64,000 bases of DNA, from NCBI RefSeq assembly GCF_964355755.1, contig NC_092679.1:24287432-24351431 (forward strand), read 5' to 3'. The stretch is from Antedon mediterranea (Eukaryota; Animalia; Echinodermata). This document shows, one piece after another, positions 26,001 through 37,650 of this stretch (its first letter is position 1; each line of letters starts with the position of its first letter). The notes beneath the pieces are model-generated. The model ran no database searches and was not told the origin of the DNA. It was given only the letters and a program-made list of their open reading frames with translations. The translations under genes were made by a program, and so were the position numbers.

Positions 26001-29000
26001 TGTTGACCAATGACAAGCGAGAGATGTAACTCACTTACGTTGCGTTACGTGCTTATCTAGTGGGAACCAAGCATAAGTGAACTAAAAAAAAAAATAAGTG
26101 AACTAAGACCAGATACATAATATGATCATAATTGCTTAATTTTACAAGTAAATTTACAGTAAAATGTATTGTTTATCAAAACTTGGGTGCCAGCAGTTTA
26201 AAATAAGGAAATATGCCTAAATGAACGAATAACATATCTACATTATAAATGGCTATGTGCACCACCTCCTTATTTAGAGTTGGTCGACCAGTGAGGTGTA
26301 TGCTTGACCGGGACGAGGATATGACGAGTACGGGAACCAGACATGCTTTTCTTGGACGTTATAAAGTTGGCTTCTCCAATGATGGTAAAATACAAGCACT
26401 GAAGATTTACCTATACTGTAATTCCGGAAATTCTATGGATTTGTCCCCCGTGGTAATCTTCATAAACTTTTCTAACTTTAGGCTACACTGTTTATGCATC
26501 TTGTCAGATATAGACCTACATAATTATCTAGTTGCTAGAACTTCTTAATCATATTCAATGACAAAATCAAAAGGTCAATTTCTACCCCTAGACATATATA
26601 TCATAGATACATCAAGTGCAATTAGTGTCTAGTAACTGATAGTCAGATATTTCTTTTTTTAAAGTCTACTAATATGCAATGGCAGTCTTTTAACTTCAAA
26701 TGTTGTTGATTTTCTTTATCATTATGATTGATGTTTGTACCAAGAAGTAAATTAAAACCCTACTCATAATATTGCTTTGGTTTTTTTTTCTCAAGAGTAG
26801 AACCTATCTTTAACGAATGGTAATTTGTTAAAGCATTGTTATGGTATTTATCCTATAATTTATTGCTAATGTTACAAAACAATCCCTTTAATTTTATTCC
26901 TAAGGTCATGGATCTTGCTTTGTGGCAATTACAAAATGCTTATTACATCCCTAATATGGATGCATATGGATACTGCTGTAAGACAAACATACCCTCAAAC
27001 ACAGCCTTTAGAGCACTTGGGCGTCCATCAGCTCTTTTGATTATGGAAAACTTGATGAATGAAATATCATATTCGATTGGTGTATCGCAGAACATGGTGC
27101 GTTGACATTTTGAAATACTTTGCATTAGTGGCGTGTGAAGAGGGAGTGTGGGGTGCAAAGATAACATATTAACAATTAATAAATAATTTTAATTCATGTG
27201 CATATCAATGCATACTGAATATATGGTTGCATTGCCTGGTTAAATGGCGGAAAACCCACTAAAGTGGATTGATAAACTTCTTTACATGTCAAATATCCTT
27301 ACTACTGTAGCAAGAGGTTAAACATTCTGCCCTTGCAGTCTTATAAAGGGAAATGTTTGTTTTATGGGCCAAATTTGGTAGATCTTACCCATCTAAATTT
27401 CTAAGCCTCTAAATTTCTAAAGTATATAATAAATAAGCAACCTTTCAGGTACGGGAGTTAAACTTTCTAAAAGAAGAGCAGATGACATGCTACAATCAAA
27501 CAGTTGACGACGTGCACTTGGTAAAGAGGTGTTGGGATGAATGCTTGTTAAAAAGTGATTATACAGAAAGGCAATCAAAGGTTGCCAACTTCAACAGGTA
27601 GGACTGTATTTTTGAAGTCACTGATACCAGATTCTGTAGAATACTAGAACAGCCAATCGATCAAGTCATAAACATTCTAAACAAAGTTCTTTGAAAGTTG
27701 TATTAAGTAAACTTATTTTTTTATGCATTTAGATCAAATAGATGGAAAAAGAGAGGGTTGTCTATCATTCCACTTCTATATGGAGTTGGGTTTCCTGCAA
27801 TTCAAATGGATAAGGTTTGCCAATTTAATTCAATTGTACACTGTATGCATTCTCCCACATTTTACATTTTAATTGGAATGTGTAAGAAAGTATTATACAA
27901 CATGGTGTTTATGTTCAAATATTGTAGTAGTGACTACATTACGAATTTTTAATTTCTATGTCGGAGCTAATTCAATAGCTGTCAACCATTATTAATCATA
28001 ATTAATAATGCTTTTTGTTTACAGGCAGGAGCATTTGTCATTATCTATCAAGACGGCAGTGTTTTACTGTCTCACGGTGGAGTTGAGATGGGACAGGGAT
28101 TGTATACCAAAATGATTCAGGTCGCAAGTCGTACCTTGAAAATTCCATCTGATCAGATTTACACAGAGGAAACGTCAACAAACAAAGTTCCGAATACTTC
28201 TCCAACTGCTGGAAGTGTCAGTTCAGACATAAACGGAATGGCTGTTAAGGTGATACGTTTATTAATAAAATCTAAAGGTTCCTTGTGAACAATCTAAGGA
28301 GCCATGTTTTACGTTTACAAAACATGGTTTTGTATGAATATTTTGTGTTTTTTTGCACCCCTACCCTCATATATTTTGATAATTAAGTTCTGTTATTAAA
28401 CATTAATTACGAATTGTGCTCTTTTTTTTAAGATCGCATGCGAAAAACTATACCAACGACTTGAGCCATACAGAAGACAGGAACCGGACAAAACATGGAG
28501 TGACTGGGTGAATAAATAAGAAATATTTTTTACAAAAAACGCTGCTCGCTTATTGAAAAATATTTTTTATTTCAAATGTTTTTTAATGTGTCATTTTATT
28601 GTCACATAATAGTTATTTTACCTGAAAAAATGTAATTTAAAGCAACAAATACCTAAATTGTCTGTCAGACAATGGTTTTTGGGTTTCTTTTCTTTTTTTA
28701 TATGTGAATAAATATTATTTTTTTGTTACAGAAGTGAATACTCAATTTCTGTCACTTTAGTTAATTTTATTGCTAAGGTCATATCTGGGGGTCACTTCAT
28801 CACCCTAGATATTTCAATTGTGAAGTATCCTATTACAAACACAAACTGGACTGTTTCGATAATAATTCAATGAATATCTGACAGTGAATATACCAGAAAT
28901 GCTTAGGGATTTGTAATTTTAGCATGACATGTCCTAATAGACTCTTTCCCAGACGTTTTTTGGGTCTACTGTAGCAGCTGGAATCAATAAATCATAGTGG

Positions 29001-30724
29001 AGTTTCCATTTTAACAAAACTGTCTGTCCTTAGAACTATAACTGCTGCTTGCTTTAGCTTCTGATTGAGTAGTCCTAATGGGACGTAGCGGGCTAGAGCA
29101 GCAGCGTGAAAAATGCTTATTTTAATCCAACTTAAATAAGGGGCTTAACGTTTGTTTTTGTATATCTCAGAGCAAACATAATTTCTATGTATATCTTATA
29201 TGAAAATAACAAGTAATGGAAATAATTTTCCACTGATGAATGAATGATACACTCTTTAATTCCAAAATGGTTATAATAATTTCATTGCAATAGGTTGCAG
29301 CGGCTTACATGGATCGAGTTAGCTTGTTTGCCACGGGATTTTACAAGTAAGAGCATATATATATATATATATATATATAATGTTATACAATTATTGGATG
29401 TTCTAACAAACATCATTGTATTCTTGCAATTTGTTTGGTTAATACTACCTCACGGAAAAGTGATATCTACTAATGATGATGATAAACGGACCTAATGCAC
29501 GCTCTCTGTACCAGTAATAACTATATCACTTTTATTTAATTTTTATTTAAAACAAAAAAAAAATTTTATTTTAAAAGAACACCGTCAAAAGGATTTGATT
29601 ATAGGACGAGAACCGGTGAACCATTTTACTACTTTTCAAGCGGTGCGGCCGTATCCGAAGTTGAGATTGATTGTCTGACTGGTGATCACGTGGTGCTGCG
29701 TACTGATATTGTCATGGATGTTGGAGACAGTATCAATCCCGCTATTGATATCGGACAGGTGACCTTTTATACTTTTAGTCTAGAACTTATCTTAGTTGCT
29801 TAACTTACTGCTCTGCATATTTGTAACATTCAGTTTTTTTAAAGACAGTCACTAAGGAATAAAAAAGGTCATAACGTCCAAAACATCACATTTCTATTCA
29901 GATTGAAGGCGGGTTCATACAAGGTTACGGCTTATTCACACTGGAAGAGTATCGCTGGAGTCCTAGTGGTGAACTACTGACAAAAGGACCAGGGTTTTAC
30001 AAGATACCAAGTTTTACTGATATTCCTGTTGAATTTAATGTTAGTTTGCTTGATGGAGTACCTCATACGAAAGTAGTTTGTTCATCAAAGGTAACCATAG
30101 ATTCCAAAAATAAACATTACTCAGATCAGAAACCACAGTGGTTCAATTTCAATTCTTGGATGTATTAATTTTATCCAAACACAGGTAGGCTTACTTTATA
30201 AGAAAAGTTAGTTGTTTTCCATGCAACGGAACAGATTTTATCATACAAGTTTTGCTATGCTCACTTCGGAACACTTTTAATAATAAAATAAATAGAGCAT
30301 TGGTTAGACATGAATTCACAACAAGTAATTGTTTTTTACAGGCGATTGGTGAACCTCCTCTTTTGTTGGCAGGGTCTGTTTTCCTGGCAATTAAAGAAGC
30401 TATTCTGGCTTCAAGAAAAGATTGTGGTATAGAGGGTAGTTTTCGATTGGACAGTCCAGCAACAGCCGAACGAATAAGGATGGCATGCAGTAATACATTC
30501 ACTGAAAAGGCATGTATACGCTTAAAATACACAAACATTTAAACATGTTATGTGTATAACCACATAATAATAGTATGTGATGTCTCAGAGTTTCTAAAAA
30601 ATTGATGTGACGAAGTGTCAGTTTAGTGTTAATAAAATGTTTAATTAACTTATATTTTTTTATTCTTTTTCAGTTTCCACCAGCAGTTCCTGGACAATTT
30701 ACACCGTTCTTCATTCGTTCATAA
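16767..30724 (+). CDS. XDH: Xanthine dehydrogenase-family molybdo-flavoenzyme, copy 2 (32 coding exons, most altered substrate pocket)
   Basis: ATG at 16767 ([17 protein letters not shown]|gtaagt). Same exon series as copy 1, e.g. 18625.. [12 protein letters not shown], 19753-19962, 26905.. [18 protein letters not shown], 30342-30509 AIGEPPL. Last exon 30674-30724 [16 protein letters not shown]. No in-frame stops seen in exons; last intron has a GC donor. Confidence 0.9.
17420..18624 (+). other. U12-type intron, XDH copy 2 intron 2
   Basis: 5'ss GTATCCTTT; branch GCTTAAC at 18604-18610. Confidence 0.88.
23146..23266 (+). mobile_element. tRNA-like (Gly-GCC-like) SINE head bounded by inverted repeats
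   Basis: A-box TGGCCTGGTGG, CTTGG-CTGCCAAT-CCAAG stem-loop, B-box GGTTCAAGTCC; ends TTTGGAGTGGAGTTGT / ACAACTCCACTCCCAAA. Confidence 0.55.
24392..24520. mobile_element. Short MITE (same family as 9177-9274, opposite orientation)
   Basis: AGCTCTGTCTACACTATCAAACT...TTTAATAGTGTAG with internal inverted TGTGATGTGCC/GGCACATCAC. Confidence 0.6.
25152..25343. repeat. ~39-bp minisatellite (CATTTCAAACATTGGACACTGCTTCATTCAAGGCATTTCA), ~5 copies
   Basis: Directly visible tandem repeat in an XDH2 intron. Confidence 0.9.
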
Positions 30725-31301
30725 GAAAAACAACAGGACAAGGCATAACCCAATTAATTATTTAACAAAGTGTAGTCCAACGTTGACCACCACACAATTC
30801 GACAACGTATGATTGAAACCACTTGCAATAGTACGAAAGCCTAATCCAGAAACATGAATATAAATAAAGCTATGTCGAAATTTCAACATAGCCTGATGAA
30901 AACACATGTGTGATCATTATTTCCATTTTACTTACTTATTTTGATTAATGCTTACTAGTGGCTTCTACCAGAATAGTATATCCTGTTTAAGGTAACAACA
31001 CAATGTTGCCCTAATGATTATAATTAATTGTATAGGTTGTGGTTAACAGGAGATTGATGTCATACCGTAAAACCTCGAAAAGAAGCCCATGGGCTTCTTT
31101 TTTTTAGTAATCTTTGGTGGGCTTCTTTTTAAGATAGGTTTCTTAACAATCCTTTTTTATGACTTAACATTTATTTTAAAAAAATTAAAAAATCTTCGAT
31201 CACAAAGATCACTTACAATTGATAGTTAAAATCTAATTTAAGGTAATTAAGTCTTGTAGAATTAAACAATCTGTTTTTGCTTGACTGCGACTATCTTCAT
31301 C

Positions 31302-34300
31302 TCAATTGAATTCTTCATCTACATCTCTGGTTAGCACTTCCACACTAGAGTCTGTGATAAGTACAGTGTGTTCAAATTGAGCAGACCTATTGGGTAATAA
31401 AGTACAGACTTTGTTTTACATCTTGAAACACACCTGTAACTAGATATCAGGATGTAATGAAAAGAAACAGCAAATGATTCCACCTATAGGTCGTTTGACA
31501 AACAATTTGGGTGAATTCTACAGCAGTGACTGATTTTATAGACAAGTGACGGCAACACAACTGAAGAATCAAGTCTTTAAAAATTAAGGAGATTGAAAGA
31601 TGGCAAAATAATCCTTTATGGTTTCTTTGAATCCTAATTAAAAAACCAGAAACTAGAAAACAAAATAACAGAATCTATTATGACCGTAAATTCGGCAGAT
31701 ACAAATTTAATAGATATCCTTTTGATTAAATGAACCACCGAAATATTCCAACGACTGATGAATGAAACTTTTAATGGCATTGAATACATGCAAATATCTG
31801 ACCAACGTTGCTTAACTTCGGTGATCTAACGAGAACCAGTGTTTCAACGCAGTATGGCCATACCTGTATGTATGGTAGAATTGGTGCCAAAGAAAGGTTA
31901 ATTATTGAAACCAACAATGATGATGAACTTGTAGTTCTAGACGACAGATACTAACAGGTTTGCCAAACAAATGTAGTAAAGTAGACAAACAAATTAAAAA
32001 ATATTGGACATTCTGAGATAAATTAATAGTTGAAGATGATCAACAAAGATTTAAAAAGTATTTACTTGGAAAAATTCATAAAGCACATCATGGTGTTGAC
32101 AAATGTAAGGATAGGAATGTCATATGATTGTACAAAATATTATAAAAATAGGTAATGAATTGAAATATAAGCAAACGAAAGAACTAATGAATGGTCACCC
32201 ATCAACTGAACCATGGCAAAGGGGTAGGATGGCTCTACGAAGTCGGAAATGGCGCCACGGAGGTCAGTGTGACCTTTCAACCCTGTACTTCCGATACAGT
32301 GTTTTGAACGCAAATTGAAGGAGAGGAGATTCTTTGACGCATACATCACACATTCATAACTGTTTATTATAACAAACTTGTCAGTACATTAAAACTAACC
32401 TGTAATTGTGTTTTGACATCACTGTCCACTGATCATCATCTATATATGGATTATCTTCTCCCTCAACAATAACTGGTTCAATGGTAAATGACATTCCTGG
32501 CTTCATTACTTCAACGTCTTCATTTGCTATCAAAAATACATATTTATATTTATTTATTTTATTTATTTATTTTCATTTCAACAATATTTTACGAAGGTAG
32601 TCCATCCAGCCGAAGCTGATCATTAGGGACCCTCAAAGAAATACATCAAGACATAAACATGTAACAATAAAAATAAATATAAGTTAAATTATTTTATGTA
32701 CAGTAGGCCTAAATGTTAATCGTAGTAATAAACGGAAGATGATTGTTTGAATTTATTAAATTTTGGAAGAAATTGGACACACATAAGCAAGATACAGCTT
32801 CGTGAATACGTTGAACTATAAGAAAAATGTTTGTAAATAAATAAGTTGACAGCCAAGTAGCACCTGCTTCAGTTATAGTTGTCTACATGTTGAACATCTC
32901 TGTAAAGTTGTTATACAGATACAGATACAGCAGATACAGATACAGATACAGCAGATACAGATACAGCAGATACAGATACAGCAGATACAGATACAGCAGA
33001 TACAGCAGATACAGCAGATACAGATACAGCAGATACAGCAGATACAGCAGATACAGATACAGATACAGCAGATACAGTTACAGCAGATACAGCAGATACA
33101 GCAGATACAGCAGATACAGATACAGCAGATACAGTTACAGCAGATACAGTTACAGCAGATACAGTTACAGCAGATACAGCAGATACAGATACAGCAGATA
33201 CAGTTACAGCAGATACAGTTACAGCAGATACAGTTACAGCAGATACAGCAGATACAGATACAGCAGATACAGTTACAGCAGATACAGTTACAGCAGATAC
33301 AGATACAGATACAGATACAGCAGATACAGATACAGCAGATACAGTTACAGCAGATACAGTTACAGCAGATACAGATACAGATACAGATACAGCAGATACA
33401 GATACAGCAGATACAGTTACAGCAGATACAGTTACAGCAGATACAGCAGATACAGATACAGCAGATACAGTTACAGCAGATACAGCAGATACAGATACAG
33501 CAGATACAGATACAGCAGATACAGTTACAGCAGATACAGCAGATACAGCAGATACAGATACAGCAGATACAGATACAGCAGATACAGATACAGATACAGA
33601 TACAGCAGATACAGATACAGATACAGCAGATACAGCAGATACAGATCTTTTATTGTCATACAAACCAACATAGTACAGTATGAAATTTGTCTTCTTGTTG
33701 CGAAAAAGAATACACTCAATTAGCAGAAAAAATTTACAACACTTGCAAAATACCAACAATTTTATCAACAATGAAAATTCTAATTATCTTATCTAGGTTA
33801 TATCTATTCATGTAAACAACATACACCAAAGAATTAAATGAAGGTAAAGTTATAAAATGTTATTGTCATACTTACCATTGTGGTATATACTAGGCTGACA
33901 ATGAAAGGCTCTTCCAATCCCATGACCCAAAAATGATGGTGAAACTACAAACCCAGACTTGGAAGCAACTTTACTATAACAGAATACAGCAATATTCACT
34001 AAGTCATTCAATACTGTAAACCATATTCAATTCAGTTTATGGCCTGTCTCATTTTAATTGCTCTTTTTTATTTTATTTATTTCATGGATTACTTTAATTT
34101 TTATGTGAAGCACATAGAGGCGCTATGCATTATGTGCTTAAAAGTCCAAATTTATTATCACTGTACTATTATTATTCTCACAATTTTTAATATGACCGTG
34201 TATGTGGTGTACATGGCCACAAATATTTTGTACTGTAATATAAATGTTTTCGACTAAATCAAATGAAAAACTTACTGAATAGTGTTTCCTATTTCACTCA

Positions 34301-36562
34301 GAAGTTGGTGAGGTCCACATTTTGTTATAGCTTCATCGCGGCATTTTCTAGCCACATCCACAAGTTTTCTTCCAGTCTCATCAACATTCCCAATACAGTA
34401 AGTTTCAGAAAGGTCACCGTGAAAGCCATTATAAAAAGCCTGAATTATCAAAAACAGTTTAAGAGGATAACTGTAGGATATGTAATATATTCATTTTAGT
34501 AACATTAACTACAATTGAAACCCTTATTATGGAGATCTGTGCAAAAGCAATGTGAATGGAAATTAGGTCCATCAATTGTAAATGTAAATACTAATCCACC
34601 ATTAAGCCAAAAACAGTGAAATACATAAGGAATTTACTCACACTAAACAGGGTTTGTCCCCTTTCACACATACTGTAAGTCAGCATTCGTGAATTACTAA
34701 TGGCTCCATACACCAACACACTAAACAGGGGTTTGTCCCCTTTCACACATACTGTAAGTCAGCATTCGCGAATTACTAATTGCTCCATACACCAATAAGA
34801 TAGACTTATTTACCGTGAAATCAACATTGATGATATCTCCATCTTGTAATTGGCGAGAGTCTGGAATACCATGACACATGACATTGTTTACTGATGTACA
34901 CACAGATTTTGGGTATTCTTGATATAGAAGAGTTGATGGATAGGCATTGAAAGAAATGCAAGTTTCATGAATAACCTCATCTATATAATCAGTTGTCACA
35001 CCAACCTACAGTAGTTGAATAAGTAATACAGTATTACAAAAAGGCGTTTAGTGTAATCCTACTAGGTATAAATATTAGGTATAATGTATACCAATGTTAT
35101 ATCATTATTATATGTAATACTGCCAATGTGATATCATTATTATATGTAATACTGCCAATTTGATATCATTATTATATGTAATACTGCCAATGTGATATCA
35201 TTATTATATGTAATACTGCCAATGTGATATCATTATTATATGTAATACTGCCAATGTGATATCATTATTATATGTAATACTGCCAATCATAAAATGAAAG
35301 TAGAATACAATTTATAACTTCAATGATTTTTATTTATTTAACAGTATAACAAGGATCATGATAGAGGGCGCTAGACTGGCGTATAACAAGGATCATGAGG
35401 GTGTGAAAATGACGTTTTACCTTTAGCAAAGAATATATATCACAAGAATGAGTATTCCGCGATTTTTGCATGAGAAATTTGTAACAGAGAGCTCCAGTGA
35501 GTGATGCCCGCCCTCATAAGGGCGGATGTATACATACTAAATAAGACTTGATTTAATAGACATGATACATGTCACATTAAATAGAATTATGATGATAGTT
35601 TTTGCAATTGTAAACTATTTTATAATACATATTTATTAACAAACTAGTGTTTATTCACTTTTACAGACAATTATTTACTAACATGCTAAGTTAGTTCACA
35701 AAAAAGGCCTAACATAGCAACACCAAAAATCAACGAATATTACTCAGCACGGCCTATTCTTTACCATTGCCGTGTACTACTCTACGCTCTACGTAAATTA
35801 AGTATTGTTTTTATGATATAAATTAGTATAAAACACGTGTTATTAATAGGAGAAAATGTTAAATGTCATTAACATTTATTTGTTTTACCAGAAACAAGTT
35901 AAATATAGGAATATTATTAAACTATCCTTCGTGAAAACGCGTAAACACCAACACGCCCGGTCACGCTATCGTAGCGCCCGGTTGATAAAGCAAACTGTTT
36001 ATACGGCAGTTTTTACTAAATAAATTGCATAAAACGAACAATTAAATACCCAAATAGTATTTAACATGATGTTGGCATGTAGTTGATAACATTTTTATCA
36101 TCGGAAAATACTCCGGTGGTCCAGCCTTTGATTAGTGAAACCTTCACAAAAAGTTGTATACATCCCATGGCGGCGCCCTACCACATGGACAATATTACTG
36201 TTACAGGGAAAATCGCGGATTACTCATTCTTGTGATATATATTCTTTGCCTTTAGTCAGGAATTACATTTGAAAAATAAAAATATTACTAGCCTTCAGTT
36301 CAGAAGCAGCAACATTTAATATTTGTCTTGCCAATCTGCAGACGTGTCTCATAGAATTCATATCTTTTTCCTCTAAGAAGTCAACATCCCGACTGGCTGG
36401 AGGAATTAAGCCAGATTTAACATAGTCCGGTCGCATTATATGTTTAGGTACTAGACGTATTGGGCTAACCTTAGCAGGAGTCACATAGTTGTACGGAAGT
36501 TGATCAATGCTTGTTTTCAAACTCTTACTTCGGAAGAGATTAAAGAATGTCTTGACATACAT
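31302..36562 (-). CDS. METAP1D: Methionine aminopeptidase 1D, mitochondrial
   Basis: Exons 36562-36293, 35005-34814, 34439-34276, 33973-33876, 32526-32400, 31386-31302. Motifs VPKHIMRPDYV, PKSVCTSVNNVMCHGIPD, DIINVD, FHGDLSET, GHGIG, FTIEP, SAQFEHT (all five metal ligands D/D/H/E/E present). Lacks the METAP1 zinc finger. Start codon uncertain. Confidence 0.88.
31800..31863 (-). pseudogene. 5S rRNA 5'-half fragment (pseudogene or SINE3 head)
   Basis: Minus strand TATGGCCATACTGCGTTGAAACACTGGTTCTCGTTAGATCACCGAAGTTAAGCAACGT matches the metazoan 5S 5' region including A-box AGTTAAGC; 3' half absent. Confidence 0.8.
32914..33646. repeat. Compound microsatellite (AGATAC / AGC / AGTTAC), ~730 bp, METAP1D intron
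   Basis: Directly visible; produces spurious RYS- and SAV-rich ORFs. Confidence 0.97.
34639..34795. repeat. ~79-bp tandem duplication (2 copies)
   Basis: CACTAAACAGGG..TCCATACACCAA occurs twice. Confidence 0.85.
35091..35287. repeat. 32-bp minisatellite (TGCCAATGTGATATCATTATTATATGTAATAC), ~6 copies
   Basis: Directly visible. Confidence 0.92.
35427..36248. mobile_element. Non-autonomous DNA transposon (P-superfamily-like MITE), 822 bp
   Basis: ~40-bp TIR CAAAGAATATATATCACAAGAATGAGTA(T/A)TCCGCGATTTT with 1 mismatch; 7-bp TSD CCTTTAG (35420-35426, 36249-36255); CA..TG termini. Confidence 0.82.
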
Positions 36563-37399
36563 GAATACTATGTGACAATAAATGATTGCCTTTCAATAGC
36601 ATTCCTGAATTAACCTATAAAAAACAATAAAAAGTTTATAAAAAAAATAACAATACTTTTTTACAATGTTTAGTATTTTATGGTCAAGAAATATTGATGA
36701 TTGGCCTTTGCTGTTTAAATACGGCAGTCATTTTAGTTTATAAACTGAACTGGTGGTGCGCACACATGGGTGGAGCTGCTGAGGAGCTGGGCCGAATCGT
36801 CTCAGGGCCGAATCGTCCCGCTACCAAAATAGATACTGTCTGTGTACTGTGTAGCAGCCGTAAGCTAGCCTCTGGCCTAGCCCAGACAAAAACCACCCTC
36901 ACCGTGGCATAACCTCGTACCCTATTGAAATTCACACAGTATGTTCAGAATATATTGGAAAGATCATTTATTGATGTTGCATCGTGCGAAATGTGTGATT
37001 TAACGAGAAAAGTAGACTTTTATACGCAATGTTTACCTACTTCATGTCGTGTTTACCGCAAATGCGACGAAGCGTGACCGAAATTATGATACGCCGTTAG
37101 CGTAAACAATTATACAAAAATGTATTTATTTATAAATATATAATAAAGCTATGAAACCTGTTAGCATAATTTAAGTATAATTTACACTCAAAATATAAAG
37201 GAAATACGTAACATATAAAGAAATTCAAATATAAACTAAAATGTTTACAGATATATTATATTTAAAACTTTCCAAATAAAAATGGCCTTTCATAAAATAA
37301 AGTACGCCCTCATTCGTAATACTTTTATCGAACTTTTGTTAGTAATTTTATTGCCCCGCAAGAAGTGGGAACAAATTATGTTTATAATTTATTTCCATT

Positions 37400-37650
37400 G
37401 TCTTAATCATGAAAAATAACATATTACAACCTCTTGTAAACTATCATGATGGATTTTAGTAGGATTACAAAATCAGGTAAAAGAAAACCTGTTTTGCGTT
37501 GTGGTCCCGTCTTAAATACAAAAAAAAAATAAAAAATTCAGGAAAAAAAACTGTTTAGTTTTGTGAAAAATAATGAGATCGATATCTAACTTTGAATGAA
37601 GCAATTGTTGGAGAAATTTTAATTTCAATTGTTAGATTATTCCATAGGTT
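37400..37650 (-). mobile_element. 3'-terminal LINE (CR1/L2-like) fragment
   Basis: LWNNLTIEIKISPTIASFKVRY (ORF2 C-terminus-like) followed by TTAAGACGGGACCACAA; related to 49690-50030. Confidence 0.55.

Noticed and set aside
32887-33771. 278-aa RYS-rich and 286-aa SAV-rich ORFs
   Set aside because: Translations of an intronic microsatellite with 3n-length units; no coding context.
36590-36600. In-frame TGA upstream of the METAP1D ATG as selenocysteine
   Set aside because: Lies in a non-conserved presequence/UTR region and no SECIS was recognised.
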